From Escherichia phage tiwna, in sequence record NC_054896.1: a DNA stretch of 51,014 nt; one strand, 5' to 3'. The position numbers were made by a program, and so were the translations under genes. Shown piece by piece: positions 7,799 through 16,807 of this stretch. A model generated the notes under the pieces. That model searched no databases, had not been told where the DNA came from, and worked only from the letters and a program-made list of their open reading frames with translations. Each line of letters begins with the position of its first letter. The stretch's first letter is position 1.

Positions 7799-9091
7799 AT
7801 GAGCGAAAAAACAAGGCTAGTTAAGGCCGATGGATACAACGAGATTTTCAAGGGTAGCAAGGGCAATGGGCGTGTGGAGTTGCCTTTCTTTATGCAAGGG
7901 TTCGAATACACCACGCACGCTGATTTTTACATTCGCGACGGCCTAGCGAAACGAATCATCGACGTTGTTCCAGAAGAAATGGTGACACCTGGATTTAATA
8001 TTGATGGCGTGGAAGATGAGGAGAGTTTTAGATCTTTGTGGGATGAGAAGCGACTAAACGATAAAATCATTGATGCGCTTTGCTGGTCGCGTCTTTTTGG
8101 TGGCGCTGCAATCGTGGCAATCGTTCAGGATGGCAGGGCATTAAAGTCACCTGTAGCGCCTGGTGCAATCCTTGAAGATGTTCGCGTTTACGATCGCTTT
8201 CAGGTTCGCGTAGAAAAGCGAGAAACTAATCCACGCAAGGTACGATATGGTGAACCATTAATTTACACCATTGCACCTGGTGCCGACTTGCCAGAATACC
8301 AGGTTCACTATTCGCGAGTCTGTATCATCGACGGTGAGCGGCTACCGAATCAGCGACGTCAGTCAAATGATGGTTGGGGTGAGTCGATCTTGAATAAGCG
8401 ACTTGTTGAGGCCATTTGTGATTATAACTACTGCGAAAACTTAGCAACTCAATTGTTGCGACGTAAGCAACAGGCGGTATGGAAAGCTAAAGGTCTTGCT
8501 GATCTTTGTGATGATGATGATGGTGTTAACGCCGCACGTTTGCGCCTTGCTCAAGTTGATGATGAGGGTGGCGTAGGCCGTGCGATCGGCATTGATGCGG
8601 AAGATGAGGAATATGATGTTTTAAATTCTGATATTTCCGGCGTCGATTCATTCCTGGAAAAGAAGATGGATCGCATTGTATCGCTTTCCGGCATCCATGA
8701 AATCATCCTCAAAAATAAGAACGTTGGCGGTGTTAGCGCGAGCCAAAACACGGCGCTTGAAACCTTCTACAAGCTGATCGATCGAAAGCGAAAGGAAGAA
8801 TACAAACCAATCCTTGAATTTCTGATCCCGTTCCTGATTCAAGAGGAAGAATGGAGTATTCAGTTTGCGCCGTTAAGCGTTCCCAGCGAAAAGGACCAGG
8901 CCGAGATCTTGAACAAGAATATTGATTCTTTGAGCAAGGCTATTGACGGTCAATTCATGGATACAGAGGAGGCGCGCGACACATTGCGAGCCATTGCGCC
9001 TAACGTTAAACTAAAAGACGGCAATAACATTAAATTACCTGAGCAGGACGTAGAGCCGGAGCCAGGAACAACCGAGGGTAGCAATCAATGA
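7799..9091 (+). CDS. portal protein
   Basis: About 430 aa directly after terL; GGAG 8 nt before ATG 7799; acidic C-terminus. Confidence 0.7.
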   Translation: MSEKTRLVKADGYNEIFKGSKGNGRVELPFFMQGFEYTTHADFYIRDGLAKRIIDVVPEEMVTPGFNIDGVEDEESFRSLWDEKRLNDKIIDALCWSRLFGGAAIVAIVQDGRALKSPVAPGAILEDVRVYDRFQVRVEKRETNPRKVRYGEPLIYTIAPGADLPEYQVHYSRVCIIDGERLPNQRRQSNDGWGESILNKRLVEAICDYNYCENLATQLLRRKQQAVWKAKGLADLCDDDDGVNAARLRLAQVDDEGGVGRAIGIDAEDEEYDVLNSDISGVDSFLEKKMDRIVSLSGIHEIILKNKNVGGVSASQNTALETFYKLIDRKRKEEYKPILEFLIPFLIQEEEWSIQFAPLSVPSEKDQAEILNKNIDSLSKAIDGQFMDTEEARDTLRAIAPNVKLKDGNNIKLPEQDVEPEPGTTEGSNQ

Positions 9092-9843
9092 TAGTGAAAG
9101 GCGTCGTTAAACAATGGCGCTTTCCTGAAGCAAGCGAGCGGCAATTGCGCCGCTCAATTCAGGAGGCGATAAGGGATCTTGTTGTGCTGATGCGCAGCAA
9201 AACAAAGGAAATGAAATTTGACGCGGACACCGAAGAAATCAACGCCGCAGAGGATGAGATTAGTAGCTTCGCGTTAAAGCTAATAGCTGGCATTGCCGCA
9301 TCACTTCCGGCTGTCGGCCTTGCTGTTTATAAATTCAACGCAAAGCAATTTATTAACGTAGCGAAATCAACGGGAGGCAAGTCAAATTCCGCCGTTATCA
9401 TCCTTATGGCTATTGGGGCCAATGCTAATGAGAGTTGGTATAGGACGCTATACGGTCAATGGCATGACATGACGATCGCATCTCTTCAAAAACTATTTGG
9501 AAACATCGTGTCTGACTGGTCAACCAATATTAGATCGGCAAACTTTCGCGGAATGAGAGATAGTCAGGTTAATGAATTGGCTGGTAAGAGATTTGCAGTG
9601 TATAGCTCTTGGGGTAAGACAAGGGCTGAAAATATCATAGGTGCTTGGAATAGTAGACTCATGCGCCAGCGTCTTTATGATGCAAAAGTAACTCATTATT
9701 TTTGGCATGGTATGCTTGATGACAGAGAACGATTGCAGCATGTACAATGGGAGGGTAAGCGCATTGCGCTAGATTCTGAACATGATTTTCCTGGTGAGCC
9801 TTTCGGTTGTCGCTGTTGGGCCATACCAGATTGGAACAGTTAA
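9088..9843 (+). CDS. head morphogenesis protein (Mu F / SPP1 gp7-like)
   Basis: Position after portal; C-terminal CRCW motif; ATGA overlap with portal. Confidence 0.5.
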   Translation: MIVKGVVKQWRFPEASERQLRRSIQEAIRDLVVLMRSKTKEMKFDADTEEINAAEDEISSFALKLIAGIAASLPAVGLAVYKFNAKQFINVAKSTGGKSNSAVIILMAIGANANESWYRTLYGQWHDMTIASLQKLFGNIVSDWSTNIRSANFRGMRDSQVNELAGKRFAVYSSWGKTRAENIIGAWNSRLMRQRLYDAKVTHYFWHGMLDDRERLQHVQWEGKRIALDSEHDFPGEPFGCRCWAIPDWNS

Positions 9844-9853
9844 GAGGTGTTAA

Positions 9854-10969
9854 ATGAAGGCAAAACAAAGATTTGATAGCGCCAAAGTAAAGGCGCACTT
9901 TGATGATAACGGGTTTTTAGTTGATCGCCCTATCGTGGCGCGAATTGGTTTGCAAGTCTATCAGACTCCTTTCGGTGAGCGCAGAGAATTTCGTCCGGCG
10001 TCCGAAGTATTCAAGGCCGACTCGCTCGCCACCTTCGCAGGTAAGCCAGTCACGGTTGGTCACGTCACGGTAACGCCAGAAAACGCCGAAAAGGTTGTGG
10101 TTGGTTCTTGTGCTGGCGCTGGCGTGCCGAACGGGATCGGCGTAGAGGTTCCGTTAAGCATTTACTCAAAACGAGCAATCGAAAGCGCGAAGAAGCGAGA
10201 CACGGCGGAAATTTCGGTTGGTTATACATCGGTTGATATTGATAAACCAGGCTGGGGCAATAATAAAACTGGTGAGTACGTTTTCGATGAGGATGTTAGC
10301 GAAGACTGGAAACCTGATTCTCCTGATTGGGTTAAGTTTGATGCAATCCAGACTGAAATCAAGGTAAACCACATCGCGTTAGTTTTCAGAGGCCGTGCTG
10401 GTATCGCAAAATTAAACCTTGATAGTCAGCAAGATTTTCCGTATAGTGACGAAGTTATTAACAACAAAGAGGATCAAATCATGACTGTAAAAATTAAACT
10501 GGATGGCGCTGTAGAATTTGATGTTCCGAAAGCAGTTGCGGATCACATTGAATCACTGAAAGCTGATGCCAAAGCACAGAAAGAAAAGGCGGACGGCTTG
10601 GAAGCTGAGCGCGATGCGCTGCAATCCAAAGTAGATGGCATTCAGGATCAGATTGATACCGCAGTCAAGAAGGCCAAAGAAGATGCCGAGCAATATGCTC
10701 AATTAGTGGCAGACGCTAAAGAGTTAGGCATCAAGTGCGACGGTCTGGATGCGAAAGCAATCAAGGTTGCATACATCAAAGAAGTCATGGGCAATGACGT
10801 TTCCGATAAAACTGATGCCTATATCGAAACAGCTTTCGACATCGCCAAAAACTCTGATAAAATGGCGGCGCAGCGTAAGAGCATTAAAGGTGACTCTTTC
10901 GCGAATGAAAAGCAGGATGACGCAGGTTCTAAGCTGAATCCTAACGCTCGTTTTGAGAAACTGAAATAA
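9854..10969 (+). CDS. putative capsid scaffolding (possibly protease-scaffold) protein
   Basis: Long C-terminal coiled-coil-like region rich in A/K/E/D; located between head morphogenesis and capsid genes. Confidence 0.45.
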   Translation: MKAKQRFDSAKVKAHFDDNGFLVDRPIVARIGLQVYQTPFGERREFRPASEVFKADSLATFAGKPVTVGHVTVTPENAEKVVVGSCAGAGVPNGIGVEVPLSIYSKRAIESAKKRDTAEISVGYTSVDIDKPGWGNNKTGEYVFDEDVSEDWKPDSPDWVKFDAIQTEIKVNHIALVFRGRAGIAKLNLDSQQDFPYSDEVINNKEDQIMTVKIKLDGAVEFDVPKAVADHIESLKADAKAQKEKADGLEAERDALQSKVDGIQDQIDTAVKKAKEDAEQYAQLVADAKELGIKCDGLDAKAIKVAYIKEVMGNDVSDKTDAYIETAFDIAKNSDKMAAQRKSIKGDSFANEKQDDAGSKLNPNARFEKLK

Positions 10970-10981
10970 GGAGTAATTAAA

Positions 10982-11491
10982 ATGGCTAAAATTGGAGCAA
11001 GTTATTTTGACACTATGGCGCGTGCGCTTCCTGGTCAGGTATCCGATACTTCGGCATATAACATCGACGGCGCTTGCGTTCTTGACAAGGAAGACGGCAT
11101 CCCAATCCTGGTTGGCGTGGCTGTTAAGCTAAAAGGCGTTGACTCAATGGGTAATAAGCTGATCGACGCTATTTCTGGTGGTGGTGATGTTCCTTATGGC
11201 GTTGGCATCCGATCGCACTTTCAAACCACGGCTGATAATGGTCGAATGGTTTATGAGGCTGGCGGCGGAATCAACGTTATGACCGAGGGCCGCGTTTGGA
11301 TGATTGGCGATGATTCCGATAAGAGCAAAAAGCCATCTTATCGTGAGCCTGTAAAAATTGATGAAAACACTGGCAAGGTTAAAAGTGCTGGTGCTATCAA
11401 TACCAATTGGATTTACACGGGAGATAAAACCACATTTGGAACTGGCGAAGATGTGTTGACTTTGTTTGAAGTTCAGGTGTTCCCTGGTTAA
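10982..11491 (+). CDS. capsid accessory/decoration-like protein, paralog 1
   Basis: Shares blocks (YNIDG, INV/ILT..G.VW, W.FTGD) with the next gene; followed by its own terminator. Confidence 0.45.
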   Translation: MAKIGASYFDTMARALPGQVSDTSAYNIDGACVLDKEDGIPILVGVAVKLKGVDSMGNKLIDAISGGGDVPYGVGIRSHFQTTADNGRMVYEAGGGINVMTEGRVWMIGDDSDKSKKPSYREPVKIDENTGKVKSAGAINTNWIYTGDKTTFGTGEDVLTLFEVQVFPG

Positions 11492-11497
11492 AATGAT

Positions 11498-11523
11498 AGG
11501 CGCTCAATTGAGCGCCTTTTTTA
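11498..11523 (+). terminator. rho-independent terminator
   Basis: Hairpin ggcgctcaattgagcgcc followed by a T-run. Confidence 0.65.
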
Positions 11524-11542
11524 TTATGTAAGGAGAAATGAA

Positions 11543-12325
11543 ATGGCTAAAGATTATTCATCTGTTATGGGTCTTTCTTGCCCTGGTTGTTTGGTTGATT
11601 CTACTCGCTACAATATTGATGGCACTGGAGTTTGCGGATCTGAGTCGATCATTGCTGGCAAAGTTGTTTTCTTCAAAGAGAGGGTGGAAGGTTATAACAT
11701 ATTTGTTGATCATAAAGAGTATGATGCGGTTGTTGCTGGCGTCGCGCTAAGGAGCAACATAACAACAACGGTTAACGAGGAAGATGGGTATTCTGACTAC
11801 AAGGAAGGAGACTCCATCAACATTTTGACAAGAGGTGTCGTATGGTGTGTAACTCAAACAATTGACTCGCCACCTGAACATGGTGATCTTGTTTATGTTA
11901 ACAATGATGGCTTTGTAGCAAAGAGTGACGGGGATGAAATTGTTGATGGCTGGATTTTTACTGGTGATTTTTACAAGTTTGATGAAACAATCAATATCGT
12001 TGGAGTTAGAATCACTCCTTTGCATCACAGAAAATACCCACTAACAGCGGCAATAATTGAGGCAGATGGCGATTATGTTGAGGGAACGCCAACAAGAAAC
12101 AACGTTCAGCTTAAAGTAACCGTAGCTCCTGAGTGGGCAGATGATAAGACTGGTCAATGGGTAATAACAAATCCTCAAAGTCCAAAGGTGGCAACAATTA
12201 GCCAAACAGGTCTGGTTGTTCCTTCTGGAGTTGGGGGTAGTGTTAATGTTAACTGGACCGCAAATGACGGTTCGGGCGTTGCGGATCAGTTCGATATAGT
12301 TTTTGAGAAAACCGTAGGCGAATAA
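11543..12325 (+). CDS. capsid accessory protein, paralog 2, with C-terminal extension
   Basis: AGGAG 7 nt before ATG 11543 (the overlapping track ORF at 11538 is too close to the RBS); N-terminal half is paralogous to 10982. Confidence 0.45.
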   Translation: MAKDYSSVMGLSCPGCLVDSTRYNIDGTGVCGSESIIAGKVVFFKERVEGYNIFVDHKEYDAVVAGVALRSNITTTVNEEDGYSDYKEGDSINILTRGVVWCVTQTIDSPPEHGDLVYVNNDGFVAKSDGDEIVDGWIFTGDFYKFDETINIVGVRITPLHHRKYPLTAAIIEADGDYVEGTPTRNNVQLKVTVAPEWADDKTGQWVITNPQSPKVATISQTGLVVPSGVGGSVNVNWTANDGSGVADQFDIVFEKTVGE

Positions 12326-12351
12326 CTAATAGCATAAAAAAACATTGCACG

Positions 12352-12368
12352 TTTAACAAAAAGTGCTA
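12352..12368 (-). promoter_or_regulatory. conserved palindromic box, inverted copy inside the late operon
   Basis: TTTAACAAAAAGTGCTAT, directly upstream of a terminator-like hairpin and the major capsid RBS. Confidence 0.4.
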
Positions 12369-12374
12369 TCATCT

Positions 12375-12400
12375 AGGCCGTTACATTTAGCGGCCTTTTA
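12375..12400 (+). terminator. weak terminator/attenuator hairpin
   Basis: Hairpin ggccgttacatttagcggcc followed by a short T-run. Confidence 0.4.
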
Positions 12401-12413
12401 TGGAGGAAACAAA

Positions 12414-13385
12414 ATGGCTAAAAAATACGATGAATTAGATGCTACTATTGTAGCAAATCATTTACAGGTTCAGGGCGTTAAGGGTGATGCTTCTGATATG
12501 GGTATTTGGACCGCTCAAGAGCTACACAAGATCCGCTCAACCGCATACGAGAAAGAATATCCGGCAGGTTCCGCGCTTCGCGTATTCCCTGTAACAAACG
12601 AGCTTTCTGATACTGATAAGACTTTTGAGTATCAGACTTTTGACAAGGTTGGCTACGCGAAAATTATCGCCGACTACACCGACGATCTACCGACTGTGGA
12701 TGCGCTGATGACTTCTGAGTTTGGCAAAGTGTTCCGCCTGGGTAACGCTTATCTGATCTCCATTGATGAGATTAAAGCAGGTCAGCGAACTGGCAAGAGC
12801 CTGTCAACTCGCAAGGCTAACGCTGCGCAAAATGCGCATGATCAGATGATTAACTTCCTGGTGTTCAAAGGTTCCAAGCCTCATAAGATCGTTTCCGTTT
12901 TCGATCATCCTAACCTTACGAAAATTGCATCCAAAGGATGGATTAGCAATGACGGCAATACCAAGTTCCCGCAGGTAGCAAGCGATGAACTGGAGGCTGC
13001 AATCGAAACGATCGAGGAAGTGACCAAAGGTCAGCACCGCGCGACCAATATCCTGATCCCGCCGTCCATGCGCAAAGTCCTGACGGTTCGAATGGAAAAT
13101 ACCACTGAAAGTTATCTGGAATACTTCCAGAAGCAAAACGGCGGTATCACTATCGACTCTATCGCAGAGCTTGAGGATATTGACGGCAAAGGTACGAAAG
13201 GTTGCTTGGTTTACGAAAAAGATCCAATGAACATGAGCATTGAGATTCCAGAAGCGTTTAACATGCTTCCTGCGCAGCCAAAAGACCTACATTTCAAGGT
13301 TCCTTGCACTTCCAAGTGTACTGGCCTTACGATTTATCGTCCGTTTACGATGGTGCTCATTACCGGCTTGAAAAAAGCTGAGTAA
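12414..13385 (+). CDS. major capsid protein
   Basis: About 323 aa; strong RBS ggagg; followed by a strong terminator (high-expression structural gene); position in the head module. Confidence 0.6.
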   Translation: MAKKYDELDATIVANHLQVQGVKGDASDMGIWTAQELHKIRSTAYEKEYPAGSALRVFPVTNELSDTDKTFEYQTFDKVGYAKIIADYTDDLPTVDALMTSEFGKVFRLGNAYLISIDEIKAGQRTGKSLSTRKANAAQNAHDQMINFLVFKGSKPHKIVSVFDHPNLTKIASKGWISNDGNTKFPQVASDELEAAIETIEEVTKGQHRATNILIPPSMRKVLTVRMENTTESYLEYFQKQNGGITIDSIAELEDIDGKGTKGCLVYEKDPMNMSIEIPEAFNMLPAQPKDLHFKVPCTSKCTGLTIYRPFTMVLITGLKKAE

Positions 13386-13395
13386 TTAGATAACA

Positions 13396-13423
13396 TGGGG
13401 AGCCTTAAGGGTTCCCCTTTTTT
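13396..13423 (+). terminator. rho-independent terminator after the major capsid gene
   Basis: Hairpin ggggagccttaagggttcccc followed by a T-run. Confidence 0.7.
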
Positions 13424-13441
13424 ATTTATGGAGTGCATAAA

Positions 13442-13708
13442 ATGAGCAAAAATTTAAAACTTAAAGTAACTGGCGTTTGCATGATTATTATGGACGGTAA
13501 GCGTTATCATCCTGGTGATGAAATTGAAATTGAATCTGAACGCATTAATGATTCCGCAATTGAATACCTGATCGCTCGCGGTGATGTGGAAGTTAAAGAC
13601 AATTCCGAAATTAACGAGCAAATCAAGGCGAAAGCGGAGAAGAAGCGCAAAAAAGATCCTACCGAGGGTAAGAGCCGCAAAGAGCTAGAGGACGGCGGCG
13701 AATATTAA
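13442..13708 (+). CDS. hypothetical head-associated protein (88 aa)
   Basis: GGAG 8 nt before ATG 13442. Confidence 0.45.
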   Translation: MSKNLKLKVTGVCMIIMDGKRYHPGDEIEIESERINDSAIEYLIARGDVEVKDNSEINEQIKAKAEKKRKKDPTEGKSRKELEDGGEY

Positions 13709-13754
13709 TAATTGGGGCGCTTATGCGCCCTTTGTCACATCTGGAGAAAACAAA

Positions 13755-14174
13755 ATGGTAGATGAATTTTACACAGACGCTGAAATCATGCAGCAAATCG
13801 TAAAGTTAGCGCCGCCAATGAAACAAGTTGATCCCGATTTAATTGTTGCATGGATTGAGCTTGCTAAAGAGTTTGTTTGTAAAAAGCGGTTTAAAAACTC
13901 ATACCCGAAAGCGGTTGCGCTTTACACTCTTCACCTTATGACCTTAGACGGGGCAATGAAACAGGAAGGTGAAAGCGTAGAAAGCTATTCCCGCCGCGTT
14001 GCCTCGTTCACTCTGACTGGTGAGTTTAGTCAGACGTTTGATCGAATTTCTTCCGATACAAGCGGAAAGCAGATCCGACAAACGCCGTGGGGAAAAATGT
14101 ACGAAGTGTTAAACCGTAAGCACGGTGGCGGTTTTGGTCTTGTAACTGGATTGCGCCGGAGATGTTGCCGATGA
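13755..14174 (+). CDS. putative head-tail connector protein
   Basis: RBS ggag; position between capsid and tail genes. Confidence 0.45.
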   Translation: MVDEFYTDAEIMQQIVKLAPPMKQVDPDLIVAWIELAKEFVCKKRFKNSYPKAVALYTLHLMTLDGAMKQEGESVESYSRRVASFTLTGEFSQTFDRISSDTSGKQIRQTPWGKMYEVLNRKHGGGFGLVTGLRRRCCR

Positions 14175-14545
14175 ATTACAATGAGATTGCAAGAATGGCT
14201 ACTGCTGGGATTAACTTTTTCAGCGACGCCAACGGAATGTTTAAGTGTATCACGCAGCAGGGAGGGGTTGAGATTATCGGAGGTGAGGAATTTATAAAGC
14301 CGGAGATTTCAGTGATGATAAAGGGGCTTGTTAGATCCCCAAGAGTTAGAGAGGTTGACGGTGAAACAATCCGAGTAACCGACAAGTTGGGGATATTCAC
14401 CAATGAAACTGAGATCAAAAATGGTTATCAGATTGAAATTGATGGCGATCGTTATGTTGTTGTTGAAGCAAGACCAGTCAGGCAGACTAACATCACGGCG
14501 GCTTATCGTCCGATATTAAGGAGGATTGCTGTGCATGGCGGATAA
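14171..14545 (+). CDS. putative head-tail joining protein
   Basis: GGAG 10 nt before ATG 14171; overlaps the upstream stop. Confidence 0.45.
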   Translation: MNYNEIARMATAGINFFSDANGMFKCITQQGGVEIIGGEEFIKPEISVMIKGLVRSPRVREVDGETIRVTDKLGIFTNETEIKNGYQIEIDGDRYVVVEARPVRQTNITAAYRPILRRIAVHGG

Positions 14546-14978
14546 TTATAAGATCAGGGAATTTCACGGTGATATAAGCAGGTGGATTGATTCAGTAAGC
14601 AGCGGCCTTGTTGATTGCGTTGAAATGTTTGCGACAAACGTCCACGAGGATCTTGTAAATCGCTCGCCAGTTGATACGGGGCGATATAAAGCTAACTGGC
14701 AGATAACAGCAAACAAGCCGCCGCTATATGCGCTCAACCAATACGATCGCGATGGTAGTAAAACCATTGCAGAAGGCAAGCGAGCAATATATGCAATCAT
14801 GCGTGGCGGTGGCGCGGTGCGGTCAATCTATTTTTCAAACATGCTTATTTACGCCAACGCGCTTGAATACGGTCATTCAAAACAAGCGCCGTCCGGCGTA
14901 CTTGGAATCGTGGCGGTAAAGCTGCGATCTTATATGGCTAAGGCAATAAAGGATTCGAGGGCAAAAAATGCACTATGA
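14535..14978 (+). CDS. putative head-tail joining protein
   Basis: GGAGG before ATG 14535; overlaps the upstream gene end. Confidence 0.45.
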   Translation: MADNYKIREFHGDISRWIDSVSSGLVDCVEMFATNVHEDLVNRSPVDTGRYKANWQITANKPPLYALNQYDRDGSKTIAEGKRAIYAIMRGGGAVRSIYFSNMLIYANALEYGHSKQAPSGVLGIVAVKLRSYMAKAIKDSRAKNAL

Positions 14979-15369
14979 TTTAATGTTGGCGGCAAGAAAG
15001 GCGCTGGCGGCTGAATATGAATCACGATTCAAGATCTACTATGAAAACGTTGATTTTGTACCGCCTGGAGACGGTTCTATGTGGTTAAAATTTGACTACA
15101 TGGAAGCAGACACGGATCGCATATCTCTTGATAGAAAATGTGTTTCTTATATCGGCTTGGTTCAGGTTGGAATTGTCATTCCTCCTGGCGGTGGCACTGA
15201 TAACGCTCGTTTGCTGGCTAAAGAGATTGCGAGATTTTTCTATGATGGTAGAATGTTTGAAACTGGCTATATTAGCGAGGGAGCAAACGTCCACGCATTA
15301 CTAAAAAGTGAAACAGGTTGGTTCTTGCCGATCCGTTTCAGTGTTAGGCTTGATACAAAGGAGGAATAA
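14968..15369 (+). CDS. putative tail completion protein
   Basis: Position just upstream of the major tail gene; overlapping start. Confidence 0.4.
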   Translation: MHYDLMLAARKALAAEYESRFKIYYENVDFVPPGDGSMWLKFDYMEADTDRISLDRKCVSYIGLVQVGIVIPPGGGTDNARLLAKEIARFFYDGRMFETGYISEGANVHALLKSETGWFLPIRFSVRLDTKEE

Positions 15370-15371
15370 TC

Positions 15372-16034
15372 ATGCACTTGCCTAATGGTTCTCAAATTTT
15401 CATCGGCGTTAACATGGGTGAGCCAATTAGCGCTACTCAAATCAGCAATGCTGATAATCCTGTTTTTACAACCGAAAACACTCAAAGCATCAAAAAAGGC
15501 GCTTATGTTCTTATTGAAACATCTTCCTGGGGCAAACTTGTTAGTCGCGTGCTTCGAGTTAAGGAAGTATCAGATAATGTAAGTGTTACTCTTGAAGGTG
15601 TTAGCACTAAAGATACAAACGTATTTCCAGAAGGACAGAACACAGCGACTTTCCGAGAGGTTAAATCTTGGGTAGAGATTCCTTGCGTACAGGATCTTGC
15701 TCAGGACGGCGGCGAGCAACAGTATTACACTTATCAGTGTTTGGCTGATGACCAGGAGCAGCAGTTACCGACCTACAAGAGCGCAGTTTCTCTTACCTAC
15801 ACTTTCGCGCATGAATATGATAATCCGATTTATCCGATCTTGCGCGAGGCTGAGGAATCCGGCGACGTAACCGCTTTGCGTATGTACGTTCCGAAAGCTA
15901 AAGAGATGCGTTGCTGGGCTGGCGTATTGTCTTTTAATGACATTCCGCAAACCACTATGAACGAAATGGAAACTGTTTCCCTTTCCGTATCTCTGAAAGG
16001 TCGATTTACGTTCTTATCTTCCGACATCAATTAA
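15372..16034 (+). CDS. major tail protein
   Basis: Strong RBS aaggagg; 220 aa; followed by a strong terminator; precedes the chaperone and tape measure genes. Confidence 0.6.
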   Translation: MHLPNGSQIFIGVNMGEPISATQISNADNPVFTTENTQSIKKGAYVLIETSSWGKLVSRVLRVKEVSDNVSVTLEGVSTKDTNVFPEGQNTATFREVKSWVEIPCVQDLAQDGGEQQYYTYQCLADDQEQQLPTYKSAVSLTYTFAHEYDNPIYPILREAEESGDVTALRMYVPKAKEMRCWAGVLSFNDIPQTTMNEMETVSLSVSLKGRFTFLSSDIN

Positions 16035-16038
16035 AACA

Positions 16039-16061
16039 AGGGGCGTTGCGCCCCTTTTTTC
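16039..16061 (+). terminator. rho-independent terminator after the major tail gene
   Basis: Hairpin aggggcgttgcgcccct followed by T6. Confidence 0.7.
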
Positions 16062-16100
16062 ATTCCTGTAAAATCAATCTATCAAATAAATCAATTCCAC

Positions 16101-16119
16101 TTTTAACAAAAAGTGCTAT
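16101..16119 (-). promoter_or_regulatory. conserved palindromic box, inverted copy abutting the chaperone RBS
   Basis: TTTTAACAAAAAGTGCTAT immediately followed by AAGGAG and ATG 16134. Confidence 0.4.
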
Positions 16120-16133
16120 AAGGAGATCTTGAG

Positions 16134-16451
16134 ATGGCAAAGATGAAACTAACGTTAGGCCCACTGCCTGATTTTAAGCTACCTGTTTCTTTCGTGCTTC
16201 CAAATGGTGATGAGCAAGTTATTGTTTTCACAGTACGCCACAAGAAGGCAAGCGAGATTCACGAGCGATACACGGCAGAAAAGCCGATGAGTGACGTAGA
16301 AATGATCACCTTCCTTGCTTCCGGTTGGGATCTGGATGATGAATTTAATGAGGAGAACGTTGCTAAATTGCTGGATTATTACCCGTCTGCGTCATTATCG
16401 CTGACTGGTCATTATATGAAAGCGCTTGCGGGGCAGCGGGTAAAAAACTAA
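16134..16451 (+). CDS. tail assembly chaperone (lambda G-like)
   Basis: About 105 aa directly upstream of the tape measure gene; ends just past a slippery heptamer. Confidence 0.6.
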   Translation: MAKMKLTLGPLPDFKLPVSFVLPNGDEQVIVFTVRHKKASEIHERYTAEKPMSDVEMITFLASGWDLDDEFNEENVAKLLDYYPSASLSLTGHYMKALAGQRVKN

Positions 16452-16768
16452 AGCGGGCGGTTTACCTGTTTTACCTCAAGCCGCCAACTGACGCACAATT
16501 AGAGGCCGTCGGCCTATCCCGTTCAGACTACGAAGGGGAGGAGCCGCCGGAGGTAATTTTTGATGAATCAATGTTTCAATCTTGGGATCTGTTTTGCGCT
16601 ATGCAGACGCAATGGAGATCGACTAGCGGCAGCGTGTATGGGTTCGACTATAACGTTTTGCCTATGCTTTTTGACATTTACAAGATTGAGGATCGGGAAA
16701 TGGCGCTAAATGATTTGCGCATCATGGAACAAAAGGCGCTAGAAATGATTCATTCAAACAAAACATAA
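16134..16768 (+). CDS. tail assembly chaperone frameshift product (GT-like), via -1 frameshift near 16442-16448
   Basis: The -1 frame is open from 16403 to 16768 and overlaps the end of G; slippery A AAA AAC in the G frame. Confidence 0.5.
16442..16448 (+). other. programmed -1 ribosomal frameshift slippery heptamer A AAA AAC
   Basis: X XXY YYZ pattern in the zero frame, 3 nt before the G stop codon. Confidence 0.5.
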
Positions 16769-16790
16769 GCGCCGCAAGGCGCTTTTTTAA
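16768..16790 (+). terminator. rho-independent terminator between GT and the tape measure gene
   Basis: Hairpin agcgccgcaaggcgct followed by T6. Confidence 0.55.
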
Positions 16791-16807
16791 TATCTGGAGG
16801 TTTTAAA

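Noticed and set aside
11538-11750. 70-aa hydrophobic ORF overlapping the start of gene 11543
   Set aside because: Its ATG is only 2 nt from the AGGAG RBS, whereas the 11543 frame has proper spacing and encodes the paralog of 10982; it is a frame artefact.
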